Positions 1-22,354 of a DNA stretch of 64,000 nucleotides are shown here, piece after piece (the first letter of the stretch is position 1; every line of letters begins with the position of its first letter). A program made the position numbers and the translations under genes. The notes beneath the pieces were generated by a model, which made no database searches, had not been told where the DNA came from, and saw nothing but the letters and a program-made list of their open reading frames with translations. The stretch spans positions 6,182,368 through 6,246,367 of the forward strand of contig OZ316894.1 in assembly GCA_973895155.1 (NCBI GenBank), given 5' to 3'. This DNA is from Marsupella aquatica (taxonomy: Eukaryota; Plantae; Marchantiophyta).

Positions 1-16
1 TTTCAATTGTTCACAC

Positions 17-2893
17 CTTGTCTGGGGTTGATGCGCCTGAGGTGACTCCGATGGTTATGGAACCCTCTGGCAGCCAGTTTTCTTTCTCCACGTACTCACC
101 ATGCTGTCCAAAATATCAGACCACACCATGAGCAAACTCCCGTATTCTACAATTTTTCTCCAGAAAAGCAACATTGACTTGAAGTATTCTTTGCCAAAAA
201 CATTCTATACCAAAAACCCCACCAGACTGATGGAAAAAGCAGACTTTGGGTCAATGCTGCGTAACGAGATGGATTAAGTACTGAAACTTACATTCAACAG
301 GAATGCAATTTTGTTGCCAGGACCAATCCTTTTCTCACTGTCAATCCAGTAAGACGGAATATTGTTCAACTCTGCTATCTCTTGCAGATGAGAAGTGTTG
401 GACGAATTCCAACCGCCAATCACGAGCATGAGGTCTGGCTTGTCGTCAACAATTTTGTACATGGCATCTTGTCTCTCCTGTGAAATTCGAAGTATTTGAC
501 AAATGGCATTCCCTCCAGTTAGAAAAGTAAATATCAGAAGTTTTATGTCAGAAGGTCTTAGGACTACCCTATATGCAGATGCCGATTTCAAGTTCCGTTT
601 GACAGATGCAAGTTGCCATCAGGTCCCAAAACGTGTTCCTTAGCAAGGTTCAGATCAAATCATTCGAAAGGCAAACGTAGTCGGGTATTGATTAGGGTCA
701 AAACAGTCAAAACCTTTCGGGACCAACACATTTCTCACTGCTGCCAAAGAGTACCTCCTACGCTAAGAGGGTGTCAACCAACCAGACAGACCTGAGTAGC
801 GTCACAGATGGTGTTGAAACTCAGGAAGTGTTCTTCCGTCTTCTCAACACCATACTTTTGTAGCATGGTTCTCTCCATCAACTTCCCTGTCGAAACCATC
901 ACTCAAGCTCGGCAGTGTCAAGAGCCGCCACAAATCTCAATCTATCTAAATCGAATTGCAGAGCAAAGGTCAGCGAGAGTCTCCTGTAAAAGCAGTTCCT
1001 TCTTCATCAGCTCTAATAAGGCAAAGCGCAGCCCGTGAGGATCTGTGGTAACCCTTGATTGCACAATCGGTAATAAGGTAAGCAGGAAACTTTCTCACCA
1101 ATTTCCTCCGTATCTCCTTTAAGCATTGTCGTCTGATTTGCAATACCCACCTTCTCCAAATCGACGTCAGGGTCAAATCCCTTGGAGACAGCTTTTTCGA
1201 ATTTCTGAAAGGCAAAACTAAAAATCTTAGCAGTGCCCATATGATAAACAAGAATGATTGGAATAAAAAACAATTCTCAGATAAGGGGGCACTCTCGAAA
1301 TCACAAGGTTACACTTACCTTCAAAAAGTCTTCCTTGGTTCCACTCGATCCATCTAACTTGCCCCCCAGGATGTAATCAGCCACGTAGTTTGCCTAGAAG
1401 AATGTGACGGCAACAGTCAGTATTCTGTACTTCGTAATCATTCTGAATAGCAATAGGAACCATGGCACTCTCTGAGGAAGCAGGATCCTTGAATCTGAGG
1501 TACGAATCCTACCTGCTTAGGGCTAGGATCTGAGCACAAATTACTCACCTCTTTCATATTCTTGACAATGACATATTTGCCGGCGAAAGAGGCAGTGGCA
1601 ACAGTCTCCTCGTGAGCGTACTTCCCATGGATCACAGAAGTATAGGTACCCTTTTTGTGCTTCTCGACTGTGTTCCACACCTTTGAGACCCAAGGACACG
1701 TCGTATCGACAATCTGAACTCCTTTGTCACTCAAAGTCTGCATTTCCGAGACAGCCGCTCCAAAAGCCGGCAATATGACTACATCCGTTCCCTCTACTAC
1801 GTCAAAATTCTTGCCCTCTTCTGTGACAGGAATATCCTTCACGTTCATGCTCGCCAATTTCTGCGAAAACAAAAACAGTACTGGAGTGATCATTTGTTCA
1901 TCAGAACACTCTCAAACGAACACAAACGAATTACGACCTCCATGCGTCCCAAAATCTGCCCCTACATGCGAAAGTGTCTCTCTAAAGGGTGCAATGAGTA
2001 GCCTCTCCGGGTCTTCTAGAGATCCAGCTCATAAGTGCCTGCCATGCAACCGCACAGAGCTATACAGATTCCAGAAGATACAACATTACTAGTTTGCACT
2101 GAGTTTCCTCAAGCGCCAGGAAAGTCTCTGCAGGTCTTGCAGCTCAACTAAATTGGCCCTCCGGCATGTCTTCCACCAACAAAGTATTAATTTCTTCCAG
2201 AGACCGGTCACAGTGGACGAATTAAGCGGACGCTCTGGACTTTCAGCCAACACTCACAAGGACATTAAGTGCAATGATCCTCTACTCTGTGCCAAATTAT
2301 GTTTAAAACATGAGGAGCACAGGAGTGGCACTCACAGATAGCTGGCATCAGACAAAACAAAGCAAAAAACTAACCGCGTTGACAGTTGGGTTGTGGATGA
2401 TCTCGTTGGTGATCCACAGCTTCTGGTCAGGGAATTGCTTCCTCGCCTCATAAGCAATTTGGACGGCCCTCTCAACCCCCCAACAAAAGCCATAGGATTC
2501 GGCCAGCTTGATGGTGATGTCACCGACGGTCATGGAAAAGCCATTCTCTTTCAGCTTCTTGACAATATCACTCGTGTACTCGGAGTCCATCTGCTCGAGC
2601 ATCTCCTTCTTGTACCCGAATCCGCTCCTGTTGTAGGTGCTGCTTGAATTGAGCGACCTCCTGAACCCCTTCGTGTTAAACTGCTCTGTGGGGGAAGCCT
2701 CAGAGTGAGCCCGGACAACCACAGCCCCTCCGACTTTGCGATGCTGTCGCTGCTGCTGCTTGCACCCTGCTTTGAGCAGAATTGGAGCCCCGACCATGAA
2801 TCTCTCGTTCTCTAACCTCGCACTTCCATTGATGATAGCAAACCCACCAGCGGGAGCCAAGGAGCCCATCAATGCCGTCGTGGTGGTCGACAT
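17..2893 (-). CDS. HDR: 4-hydroxy-3-methylbut-2-enyl diphosphate reductase (plastid HDR/IspH); last exon lies beyond the left edge
   Basis: Exons 2893-2375, 1860-1549, 1393-1319, 1204-1099, 886-792, 477-292, 103-17 with GT-AG junctions in phase. Motifs: [60 protein letters not shown]-terminus resembles a transit peptide. Confidence 0.96.
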
Positions 2894-4974
2894 GGCATGA
2901 CACACAATTCCAACTCCCTAGAACTGTAACCCAAGAAACAGAGGTTCCGATAGAGCAATTCCAACACACCAACACCAACACCCAAAGCAAACAAATGCGC
3001 GGACTGAAGTGTATGTGATCGTCTCAGTCAGTAACTAGAGCAGTGTCCAGTAGTCGTGAGAGAGAATTCAAGCGCATATCAAACAAAGGGCAGGCACGCC
3101 ACTGCTCATCATCATTCCTTTCCACACAGCATCTTTCCTCCTTTTTCTGGAGCAACCCTGCGACGGAAACAACAAGAAAAAATCAGGTCCGCTTCTGTCC
3201 TTCGTCCTCCTCCTGATGCCTCATAACCTCACCTCGTGCTCGCGGACCTTCCAGCAATCAATGGACGAATCATCTCAGTAATAACGCCACGGAAAGTGTC
3301 ATTTGGTAATCAGCTCATTTGGTGTCGACTGCCAAACTTTGAGGGGATGCTGTGAGAGAGCGTATTTTTTTAAGTATTTTACTTTTTCGCCAGAGTGGCC
3401 AATGTATGGTGTGTGAAGGAGGAGATGCTCAAAAGATTCACTATTCAATTCATTTCCTGACCGTCGGATCTCCCTGGATTTAAGGCTGGCCGTTAGATTC
3501 TGGCTAATGGGGCCTGTGATTGGGTGGAACACTGGCTAATGAGACAGAAAATAGTAGCGGATTTTTGCCGAAAGTGGGCTAAGATTTTTTGGGAGGTGGA
3601 ATTTGGCTAATTTTCGCCACTAAAAAAAAGGGCTGGCTGTGACGATCCTATGCAGGCATAATCATGATACTCCTGTGAGAGGTCATTGGTTTGGTTCGAT
3701 TGGCTGAACTTGGAAAAACAAAAAGGCGCCCAATCACTATGTTTGAGTAAAAAATGTCATTGCACAAAAGACTGGCAATGACCACCACAAAAGCATGACA
3801 AAATTAGTGGTGCTTTTTATGTTTTCTTTGTTCCTTTACCTTTTTTTCTTTTCTTTTCCTTTTAAACTTTAACCTCCCCCTTTTCCCCCTCATTTCACTG
3901 TTTTTGGTCTCCTCTTCTTCTCATTCGCCCTCCCTCAGCTCCCCCAACCCATGTGAGGTTGTGGCCCTTCAAGAGGCTGCCCTACATCGCGAGTGTGCCC
4001 CTCACCCGACACCTTGCCATCAACGCATGTGCCATGCTATTTACTATGTCTTTGGGCCTTATTGCTTTTGTTGTTTTTGGCACTAAAAATGACAGGGCAA
4101 ATGAATGTGTAAAAAACCAGTGTAAAACTTGGGAGAAGAGCTTTTTAATTGATTAGTGTAAACATTCCTCTATTGACTAAAATAGTGTCCACAATTAAAC
4201 TCCAACCAGTATTACACAAAACTATGCACTATCACTCTGTTGAGTATGTATAGTAGTTCCTTGCATGGAACATGGAGAGAGTATCCACCTTGGTCCTCGT
4301 GCATTGTGTGGATCCTTTTTTTTGGTCTGTTTGTCCCATTTGATTCCTTCTTGCTTGGACAATAGTACCACTCTTTTTCATTCACACTAAATTAAGTTTG
4401 AACTTTGGTTTTGTTCCTTCTCTTTGACCATTTTCTTTCCTTTTTTGTGCACTACAAGCCATAAAATGTGAACGACAACCACAGCAAAAAAAGGTGCAAG
4501 AATGTATTATAGTTTTTGATGATGACCAAGGGAAAAAAAGGTGCATAGTGTATAATTGTTTTTGATATTAACACCAATATTACAATGTTGTCATTCAAAT
4601 ATGCAGGGGGCATTTTAGGTCGAACATTGAAACTGAAAAAAGTCAGAGGAATAAACCAAAAACCATCCCCTCTGGCCTTGCAAAAATTAATTTTGGAACA
4701 ACAGACTCTCCCCTCTTGCCCTGGCCTTAATCATGTGCCGTGATCCTGTCACCTCGCAATGCCCGCCCCACGTCCACTGTCCCTCATCCTGCCTCCCTCC
4801 CTCACCTACTCCCTAGCTTGTGTGCCCTTGTTCCCTTGGATGACCAACATTCGCCCCACCTTGCCTCTAACCCTCTTGCCACCTTGACTTGACCTTGCTG
4901 CGTTGACCCAATACCGAGACCTCTTGGGGCAACCGCACGGCTCACCCCACGGCCCAACTTAATAACTTATTTCA

Positions 4975-5200
4975 CCTCAACAACATCTTTTACTTGGTGA
5001 CATCTTTTGGGTAGCGACAGATCTTATATCAACGACATCTTCTACTAACGACATTTTTGTTCATAACAACATCTTTTACTAACGGCATCCCTATACTGAA
5101 CTATGTTTTTAGCACCACAACCTAAATTTACTTAACAACATCTTTGGTGCCACAACACCTTTGTACTTGATGACATCTTTGACATATATAATAACATCTT
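4975..5200. repeat. Degenerate short tandem repeat (ACAACATCTTTT-like units)
   Basis: Recurring caacatcttt/gacatcttt units that stop where the LTR starts at 5201. Confidence 0.65.
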
Positions 5201-5565
5201 TGTTAGGTATTTATTCTTAGGTCTAGAGTTACAACTATTATTGTAATAAGTTAGGGTTATAATAACCTTAGTAGCCAACTTGGTTACAGTAACAGTGCTG
5301 CATAGTATATCCCCAAGCTAGTTTGCTTAGATAGGTGGAACTCGGGTTCATTGTTACAGAGCTAGTTGAGAGATATGAAGATCTTGTATTGCAAAAACTC
5401 CAATGGCCGACGGGCGCAGAGTGCAATAAAGCTCTCGTGTGTTCCCATGGACGTAGACTCACCTGAGGTCAACCATGTATCACACTATGTCGACTACTTC
5501 TGTGTTGGATGTTCATGGGCTTGCCTTTGTGGATGTCATCTTTGCTTAACAATTGGTATCAAAGC
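5201..5565 (+). mobile_element. Copia-type 5' LTR (about 5201-5551) plus tRNA-iMet primer binding site
   Basis: TG start at 5201 and CA end at 5551. TGGTATCAAAGC at 5554-5565 is one mismatch from the canonical TGGTATCAGAGC. The internal gttcccatggacgtag motif is typical of plant Copia LTRs. Confidence 0.8.
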
Positions 5566-8500
5566 TTGCCTAGGAGTTGATAGTGTTCCTCATGGGATTT
5601 TATGACAGTTTTTCTAGCAAATGAGTAGGTGGTTTTCCATAATTCCATCACTTGGAACTTAGAGGTAATGGGCCCAGTAAATAGATCAAGGCAAGGGCTT
5701 TCTAACGGTGCTTAAAAATCACTCATCAGAGTTTGTGGTGCGAAAGGAATGACAATTTGCATCTTTCTAAATGTTTTAGTGAAGAATCATGTTTGGCGGT
5801 GTTTTAGAGGAGGGACCACTCGGAGTTTTTTTCCCGAAGGTGTGAGCTTTGCGGTGCACGAGGCATTGCATTTGTGTAGCTCCACTTATAGATCGAGATG
5901 AGCTGCTTGTTTTGGTAGTTGGTTTGCTACCGAGTGTTTACCTAGTGCGACAGAACAGGCAAAAGAAGCATTCAGGGTTTTACACAAGCTATGGAGTTTG
6001 TTCCCATCTGAACCAGATTTTTTGTCATTGCGCCCAATTTGGAGGAAGAATTGCAAGTGCTACTGCTCAATAGAGAGATCGCGCAAGGGGTCATTTTGAC
6101 TTTGAGATTGGCACTTCACAAAGAGAGTGATTTGCAATGGAAGTATTTCTTAGTTGTGCTTGTAGATGGTGCCAGTGCAATTGGCATTTGTTTCCTGTCG
6201 GTGGCCATTATTTTCTTGAGCATGTTTGTGCATTTTTAGGGGGTTAGTGGTGGACCTTGTTGCCCAGCGCCCTCACCAATCCCAGCACCCATGCCTAAGT
6301 GCCGCTGGTGCCCGAACACTTCCATTGAATACTTTGAGCAAGCCCCCTGGTGCCCCTTTTACCACCAGCGGCCACTCCCATACGAAGCCGCACTTGCTCC
6401 CAAACGCGACCGCTACTCAATGGTCCTCACTGTCTGCACAAGCAATCAAGCATCTCGGTAAGTAACCCTTCAGGATCTAGATCTCCCAGGTCTAGCCGGG
6501 GGTCTAGCATCCTAACTCAAGCTCAATAGACATTGGTAAGTAGGTCAGCGATAAGTCCTCCCGATGCCATAAGCCGGAACCAGAACCGACGTCCACTATT
6601 GTCCATAACAACTCCTTCCTTGGACACAGCCCGGGTTCCCCCTTGTACCTATCCATCATCAACTGACCACCCTGCCCCCAGGACATGCTCATGGCCCGAC
6701 TGGCGTGACTTGTCCTAAACTTGTCCCTACACGCTAGGACTAGAATGGCCCCGACTTTAACAACTAACTCCCGGTTCCCGCCCCACTGATGGTCTAGGGG
6801 CCAAGTGCCCTTGGAACTCAACCTCCATGCCTACTTGGCCTTGCCTCCCCATTGAAAGCTCCCTTGAGAGACTGAATGCGGCTTGGTTGTTGTTTTGGCA
6901 CGATTTGGCAAGCGAACGAGATAGCACTCGCAAACCTTGAAAACCTACGATGCCCCAGACCCAAGTGAGATCAAGAGGATGTAGCCCTCTTTGAGATCTT
7001 TCTAACGCACCCAAGAAATCCCTCATTGGACTTCTCGTTGGGAAGTTATTGTCGTTTCCGTTTGGCGTTTTCCCTTAATGTCGCGACCATCGCGGCTCAC
7101 GATTTCGGCTCGCCATTAGCCCCCAGGGAGACACCAATCCCCTCGTATATGCTTCTGGAGACTTGCCACCCCCGGACCAACCTGGACCCCAACATGCATG
7201 TTTGGGCGCACCACCAACTAGCAACGCCCATAACTTCCTAGTTAGGCGTCCGCAAGTGGAGTGCCTTAGCCCGTTGTGATCTGGCCGACCCAGTGCTCAT
7301 GCCCAGGCCCTTAGATCTCATCGCCGCTTCGGGCCCCCGATCAGCCAAACCCAGATCGGGCCATAACTAGCGCCCCAAATGTCCATTGCCCATGGAGTCA
7401 ACTCCATTGGCCTTGAGCCCAAGAGGAGCTCTCACTCAAGCCCTCCAAACTCAAAGTCCGTTGGGGGGTCCGGACAGTCGACCTTGAGCCTGGACATTTT
7501 CTTCTTCACCCAACCAGCTTTGAGCTAGTCTAAGTCCTTAGTGCGCGTCACCAGCTTGGCGCCTTGCCTTCGCCAGTGCCACATCTCATTGCCCACGACT
7601 CTCCCCATGCTAAGTCCTCCCCAGATGGCCTATCCGAGCTGGATCATAAGGGAGCTTGGCGTCGGAGTCAGCGACGCAGGAACTAAGTGTTAAGGTAGTG
7701 AAATTCCGCGACTGGGTTTTAGGGCCATTTGTGTGTGATACACACACAATTTACCGACCCCGTAATCCCCATCATTGACCCTCTTTCCCAAATATGCAAC
7801 TGTGACCGCGGCTTGGTGCCTTGCGTAGCACTAGCTAGTGCTAATTGTGCGCTCAGGCGCTTTCCAGGGCTCGCCGTCCCTTCCTGTTGGCCCGACCCCG
7901 TTTGCCTACGCCCCCTGCCAACACCAAATTTGCGGCTTCAACTTCTGGCCCCAACTTAAGGTAAATGCAATTGCATACGGAGCCTTTCCGGTACCACACA
8001 CAACCCATTCCCCACCTTTGTACCCCCGTATAACTTTTAAGGGGCCTTAAATCCCTTTAAGGCTCATATTATTATTTTCTCATTTTCTCCCAATAGTTGT
8101 TGCTCATCCCGAGACTTGCTGCCCTCCGTTTAATCGTTGGAATAGGGGAAACAACAACCTGTGAGACCTACTATATTGTGTGGGAATATTCCCAAAAAAC
8201 AAAGAGCTACTTTTTGGCCGTCCGTCAAAGATCCAGTCCCCCAAATGATAACTTTTTTGTTAGTCTTGGTGAGTTTGTAGCCACTAGAGTTAGCAACGCG
8301 GTGCACTAACCAAATTGTGTTTCTCACAATGAGTGATATTTTTCATTTTGGTTATTCCTCAAGGTGGTCAAACGGGGGACTTTTCCAAGGTTTTACCCAC
8401 CTCAACCAAAAAGTTAATAAGTTTTTCATCGGATTTTGATGTGATTTTTGGTTTTCAACATTGGATAGCTAGGCTTGTGGGCTACGCAATGGTGATGAGT

Positions 8501-8619
8501 TTTGGATTTTTGAGAAGTTGAAAAAAATATTATTTTTTCTTGAAATCTCACATGAGTGCTTTGGAGGACATTGTGGTCACCAATACTATGGTTGATGGCA
8601 AGAAAAAGGATAAGGACAA

Positions 8620-9375
8620 TCAAGCTTGGAGGTCCCAAGTTTGAGTTTACAAAATACAAGGATTGGAGGGATTAGTTATTGTGGGAGCAATAGGTGAAAA
8701 GGGTACTTTGTGCAATCAGGCTTGGTAAGCTGTGGTGTAAGTTGTTGAAGGATTAGCCAAGTGATGTTGAAAGTGATGATTGGCAAGACAATCATGTAGG
8801 ATCAGGGCTGTGAGCACCATGATGCTCTACTTACAGCCAAATGTCATTAAGCAGTTGGCGGACCATGTCAACTGTGCGTTGTTAATTGTAGCGTTGGAGT
8901 AGAAGTATCATCAAAAAAAGTTATCAAACCGGCTCTACAAGTCTTTAAAGCTCATGAGCTTCAAGATGAAAGAAGGAGATGGATAGATTTAGGACCATAT
9001 CATTGGTTTCAACAACCTAGTCATTGACTTGCAGAATCTTGGGAGGATTTGAGTGATGAGAGATAGACTCTTCACTTGCTAGCTCTTTACCCTTATCGTA
9101 TCAACCGTCGTCGCGAGTGTTCCTTCATTGTGACAGGAAGGCCATTGCTTACAATGCTGATTGACGACTTGCAGTAAAAGTTGACCATGCCCTTTCAACC
9201 ATCGTTGTCGTCTGGTGCTACCTTGAATGTGAACTGTGGGAGGTCACAACGATGCACAAATGCCAAGGATGAAGTATATTGAAGATGCAATTTGCTTCCA
9301 AAGGAAAGTCCCATGACATTAAGTAGGTGGTATGCTAGAAGTGTGGGAGGGTTGGTCACATGAAGAGGGATCATA
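8620..9375 (+). pseudogene. Decayed Copia gag, truncated after the zinc knuckle
   Basis: Fragments GGPKFEFTKYKDWRD*LLWEQ, LMSFKMKEGDG, DHIIGFNNLVIDLQNLG and VVC*KCGRVGHMKRDH, with stops and frameshifts. No pol or 3' LTR seen. Confidence 0.85.
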
Positions 9376-9579
9376 ACTTGGGGGTTTGATTATAAAAAAT
9401 GTTAAAAATCATGTGCAATCCAAAATATATTTTTGATCAAAATTACTTAATTTAAAAAAAAAACATAAGAGACAAAAAAATATATTATAAACTCATATTT
9501 ATAAAATATTATCTAGTATATAACTTTTATAAAGTGAAATAAATTATTAATATTGAAAATGAAGAATAGTCTTAGACTT

Positions 9580-10135
9580 ATAAAAATTACATTTCTAGGG
9601 GAAAAAACAAAAAACATGAAAGTTTAAGAGGAACTTGCACATGCTTAAAAACTACATTTCCAGGAGAAAAAACAAAAAACATGAAAGTTTAAGCCTAAAC
9701 TCACTTTTCCGGAACTTGCACATTGCCCAGTTTGGTTGTCCATCTCCATTGTTGTGATTGGACACTTCTTTGTCCAGCCTTGTACAATCTAACTCAAGTT
9801 TTAGCATTAGATCAATTTCCTGGCACTTGCACCTTTATCAGTTTCCTTATGTTCATCTCTAGTATAGTGCTTTAATAGTCCTTCCTCCAGCTACTCCGTG
9901 GGCTACAGTCTAGAGGGAAGCCTCTCTTTAATAGTCCTTCCTCCAGCTACTCCCTAAGTCATTCCCTGGAACTTGCACCTTTATCAGTTTGCTTATGTTC
10001 ATCTCCAGTGTTGTGCTTTGATAGTCCTTCCTCCAGCTACTCCTTGGGCTCGGGTCTAGAGGGAAACGTGCTTTAACAGTCCTTCCTCCAGCCACTCCCT
10101 GGGCTACTGTCTAGAGGGAAGAGTCTAGAGGGAAG
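9580..10135. repeat. Local duplications and compound tandem repeat
   Basis: About 45 bp duplicated near 9582 and 9647. acttgcacctttatcagttt occurs twice and agtccttcctccagc four times between about 9820 and 10120. Confidence 0.8.
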
Positions 10136-11300
10136 TCACTAGACTGTTACTCTAACTCTGGGCATAACTGAAAGTGAGGTTGCACATAAAAAATAAAGAT
10201 GGGGACAAAGATGAAATCCTTGTTTCTAGGTTTTTTCTTCTCATCTCTTTTTGCTCAACGAATGGGTAACCAGGCTAGTGTAGACTCTTTTGCTTAAGAA
10301 CAGGGTGATCAGGTTAGTGTCAATCAACCTGCCAGGGTCACCCGCTTACTCCAGAACATTCACCTACGTATCTAAGGGCCCCGGCAACCCCAAGTGTCAA
10401 ATATTTATAACTTCTTCACTTTCAAGCATGGTTATCGTCCACTGTTAAATGTGTCTAAACTCCTCTCTGCTTAAACAATGTCTGCTACATTGAAACTGCG
10501 AACGTATTTTCTACTATGGCAAAGGCAATCGTGCTACATGGAACTCTCACGCGAGCTCAGAGAGTTTTGCAGAAATTCCCTCATCCATTTACGCTCAGCA
10601 ACTCAGCATCAGACACTGCTTTGTTCAGGTAGAGCTAGAATTTATTCTGATACAAAAAAAAATGTCAACCAAGTACATTGTCATGTCAGATTCTTAAATG
10701 ATCTTTACGTGCTCCACTAAGTAAATATCATACAGTACATCACGGTTTCATCTCCATCCCCATCTCGGATCCAGTTCGTTTGCAATCAAAGACAACAAGT
10801 ACCACCTATCCTCAATGAAGTCTCAGAGCAAAGCATGGAAACTTCTATGACTTTTAGTCAATGTAGGACGCCTTGCTTTAAGTATGCCATATAACATGTC
10901 CACCACAGTAACTTAATGTCAAGCAATCATCCCCCTGCAATCTACAGGAAGATTATCTCACCGCGTCCCGTTGTGTACAAGGGTCCATGCTGTAGAAAGT
11001 GGCCCTCACGGCAATGGAACAACTGAAGGTACCTATTTTGTACCTCCACAAGAAAAATTGTGCCCAGCCCTCTTGATCATGAAATACTTTTATCATCGCA
11101 AAGACTACCTAATTTACATTTCAGATATGTGTCAAACTGCTCTCAACTATAAACACAGGTTGCAATTGCAGCTCTCTAATTACTTGATATTAATAGAAGT
11201 ATCTACACATTCAGAGGGTGATAGAATTTCCTCCGAGGGACTGACCGAGCAAAAAGTATCTGACCAAGAATGAATACTTCCTATTTTGGATTTGATGGAC

Positions 11301-11484
11301 ATGTTAACGTACCTTAGGTAGCAGAGTCGTCCTACCGGTGCCTTCAAACCATAAAGGGGCACCCTATCGCCTACAATTGTTAGCTCAAAGCTATGTTAAC
11401 GTACCTTAGGTATCAGAGTCGTTCTACCGGTGCCTTCAAACCATAAAGGGGGCACCCTATCGCCTACAATTGTTAGCTCAAAGC
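11301..11484. repeat. About 92-bp tandem duplication
   Basis: atgttaacgtaccttagg...gttagctcaaagct present twice, near-identical. Confidence 0.9.
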
Positions 11485-12260
11485 TGGAGATTTCTGAAAA
11501 TTCCAACCACCCTGTAATTGAACCTAGTTATCCGTCAACTTTTATGCACTTCCGTTATCATCTGAAGACAAAGTTCCTAGTTGGAGAAGCATAATGTCAT
11601 CGTCCTCTGGCCTGGAAACTTCCTGACATACCATCCTGACGCACTTTCCATAACGCCTGACTTCAGAGCCTTGCGTCTACATTACTTGACTAAATTCCTG
11701 TGGCAACAGTTGACCCCATGGCCCATTTGAGTTCCCAAGGTCTTCAAGGTTATCCATTCAATCAGATCATTGTGGAATGCCAAGCCAAAGGTAGTCAACA
11801 GCCTCACTGATCTCTTATCCTCCCAATCAGTCAAACGCCCACAGCAACTCAGTTTGTCTTCGTGTATGACTAGGTACAGCATGGCCATGCAGCTCATACC
11901 AAGTCATCTGCAATATTATTTTGGTGATAAAATTGTCCTCAAACACTCGTAGAAACTTCTGATAAACAAAACATACAATCAGCCAGACCTAGTCTCCCTC
12001 GTGAAAGAGCTTGAACAAGGCCTTCTACAGGTTACGCACTCTCACTGCTAACAGAAATAATGGTAGATTGCTGGTTGTGATCCGAAGCTCAAAAGCTAAT
12101 ACTCAGTCACTCACTGGCACGTCCCTCCGTCAGAGAATTGCTCCCCATTCTCAGTCTAATGTATGAAAAACCAGAGTCTTTGCATGAATATAATTTATCA
12201 ATAAATTGGCCTCTTTCCAGGCCCATAATGGAGACCATCTTGTCCAGAAAATATCGGTCA

Positions 12261-20163
<7,903 letters not shown>

Positions 20164-20853
20164 CGTCTCGTCACCAGTTGCTATCTGACATTCACAGACG
20201 CAGTTGTAGTTGATGCCGACGGCCCATCCATCGAGGTCGCAACCTCGACGCTTCACTCGCCATTGGCGCCTCCGCTACCTTCCTCATCGGAACGCAAATT
20301 CCAGTACAGCAACAGATGCCTGCCAACTCCCGCCCCCGGCCCTCGTGCACGCCGAATTCACTACAGTAGTTGTGTTGATGAACTCTGTCCTAACGAAGAG
20401 GCAGGGGAAGAAGAGAGCGAGGCCGACATGACACGAAATGAGTACTCCGCTCTCATCCAGTAGCTCCCACTCAGAACTCAGCGTCCTGCAACAGAATTGC
20501 AAGCAAGGCTACAGCCTACTCCTCCGCCGATACTCAACATCATGCATTGCGTCCCAGTTCCAAAATCCTTCAGAAGCAGATGCGTGCGAAATTCCTCCTC
20601 TTCTTCTCCTTCTTCTTCTCCTTCTTCTATCTCTAGAGAGAATCGATGTTGCGTTCCTCCGGTCCTGTCACTGCTCCAGTGCGATGTTCCGATGCTTCCT
20701 TTGGTTCCTTTCGTCGCTTTCCTCGATGCAGCCACTGATCTGAAGCGCAGCGCTTGGAGTCATTGGAGAATTCATTCTTTCTCGGAGTACAGTAATGTGT
20801 TGTTGTTGTCTTTCCGAAGTACCGTGTTGCACAGCTGTAGGTAGCATTGTCGG

Positions 20854-20883
20854 ATCGCATCGCATCGCATCGCATCGCATCGC
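20854..20883. repeat. (ATCGC)6 microsatellite upstream of the kinase start codon
   Basis: Read directly from the sequence. Confidence 0.95.
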
Positions 20884-21025
20884 TCTTGTTGCCCGCTGCT
20901 GCCACTTTCTACAAACCCGACCGGATCCTTCTTTCCCTCCTCGCTCGCTTCGGACACACTACGCTCCACCGTATACCGTAGTGCTACTACAGCGTTGGAT
21001 TACACATTACACCAACAACGGAAAC

Positions 21026-22093
21026 CTTCCAAAAACGGACTTCATAAATCATTTTTGAACAGCTTGTTCTTAACCTCTCCCCCCCCCTTATTATCAGAAT
21101 GTTTAGTAAGGAGTCCCCAGACACATTTATTTCATAGTGACCCCCATTTTTTATATGCATTTTGTTTTGTTTTGTTTTGTTTTGTTTATATGAGTTGATA
21201 TTGCCTTGAGCACTAGATGTAACTTAGCCTTTCTTTCACCTTGCAGCAGAGCATGGGGAGGTTAATCCACAACCAATTGTGCCTTGCGATGTGGTAGAAG
21301 GAGGCTGTCCAAAACGAACCATAGATCATTGTACAGCTTCTTACTAACCTATCTCCCCCCCCCCCCCCCCCAACTATCAGAATGTTTACTAAGGTGTCCC
21401 CCATACATATTTATTTCATAGCTACCCCCATTTTGATTGTGGGTTGATATTGTCTCACAAGATCTAACTCAACCTTTCTTTCACCTTGAATCTTTCACCT
21501 TGAATCAGAGCACGGGAAATTGATGGGTTAATCCACAGCCTATTGTGCCTTGCAATGTGGCAGAAGGAGGCCTTCCAAAACAGACTTCATAAATCATTGT
21601 ACAGCTTGTTCCTAACCTCTGCCTCGCCCTGCCCCCCCCCCCCCCCCGCGCGTTTACTATGGTGTCCCCCAGACAAACTTATTTCATGGTGACCCCCATT
21701 TTGTATATGAATTGATATTGCCTCACTAGATGTAACTCACCCTTTCTTTCACCTTGCACCAGAACACAGGAAATCAATGGGTTAATCCACAGCCTACTGT
21801 GCCTTGTGATGTGGGAGAAGGAGGCCTTCCAAAATGGACTTCATAAATCATTTGTACAGTTTGTTCCTAACCTCCCCCACCCCGCCCCCCCTCCCCCCCT
21901 AACTATGCGAATGTTTACTAAGGTGTCCCCCCCAGGCAGACTTATTTCATAGTGACCCCCATTTTGTATATGGTTGATATTGCCTTGAGCACTAGATGTA
22001 ACTCAACCTTTCTTTCACCTTGCAGCAGAGCACGGGGAAGTTGATGGGTTAATCCACAGTCTATTGTGCCTTTAGATGTGGCAGAAGGAGGCC
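21026..22093. repeat. Four tandem copies of a 255-280 bp unit, each with a poly-C tract
   Basis: Units start near 21026, 21306, 21571 and 21825 (ccttccaaaa..gacttcataaatcatt) and end in gtggcagaaggaggc-like sequence. Confidence 0.92.
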
Positions 22094-22354
22094 CTATGCC
22101 AATGAGGACGGAGTTTGAGTTATGTCTGCTAAGACAATACTAACCCAAATATACTCTCTTGTTGCTGAGTTATTCTGCTGAGACAATACTATCAAAGGAG
22201 GGTAACCTTTTCACCCCACCTTTCCCAAACTAACATATTAAGGTATTCATGCATTTACAGGGATGACAAATGAATGCAGAGGTATCAACAAAAGAAATCC
22301 TGTTGGTTGCCTCACTTAGTCCCAAACATTTGGAAAACACACTTGTTTTGGCAA

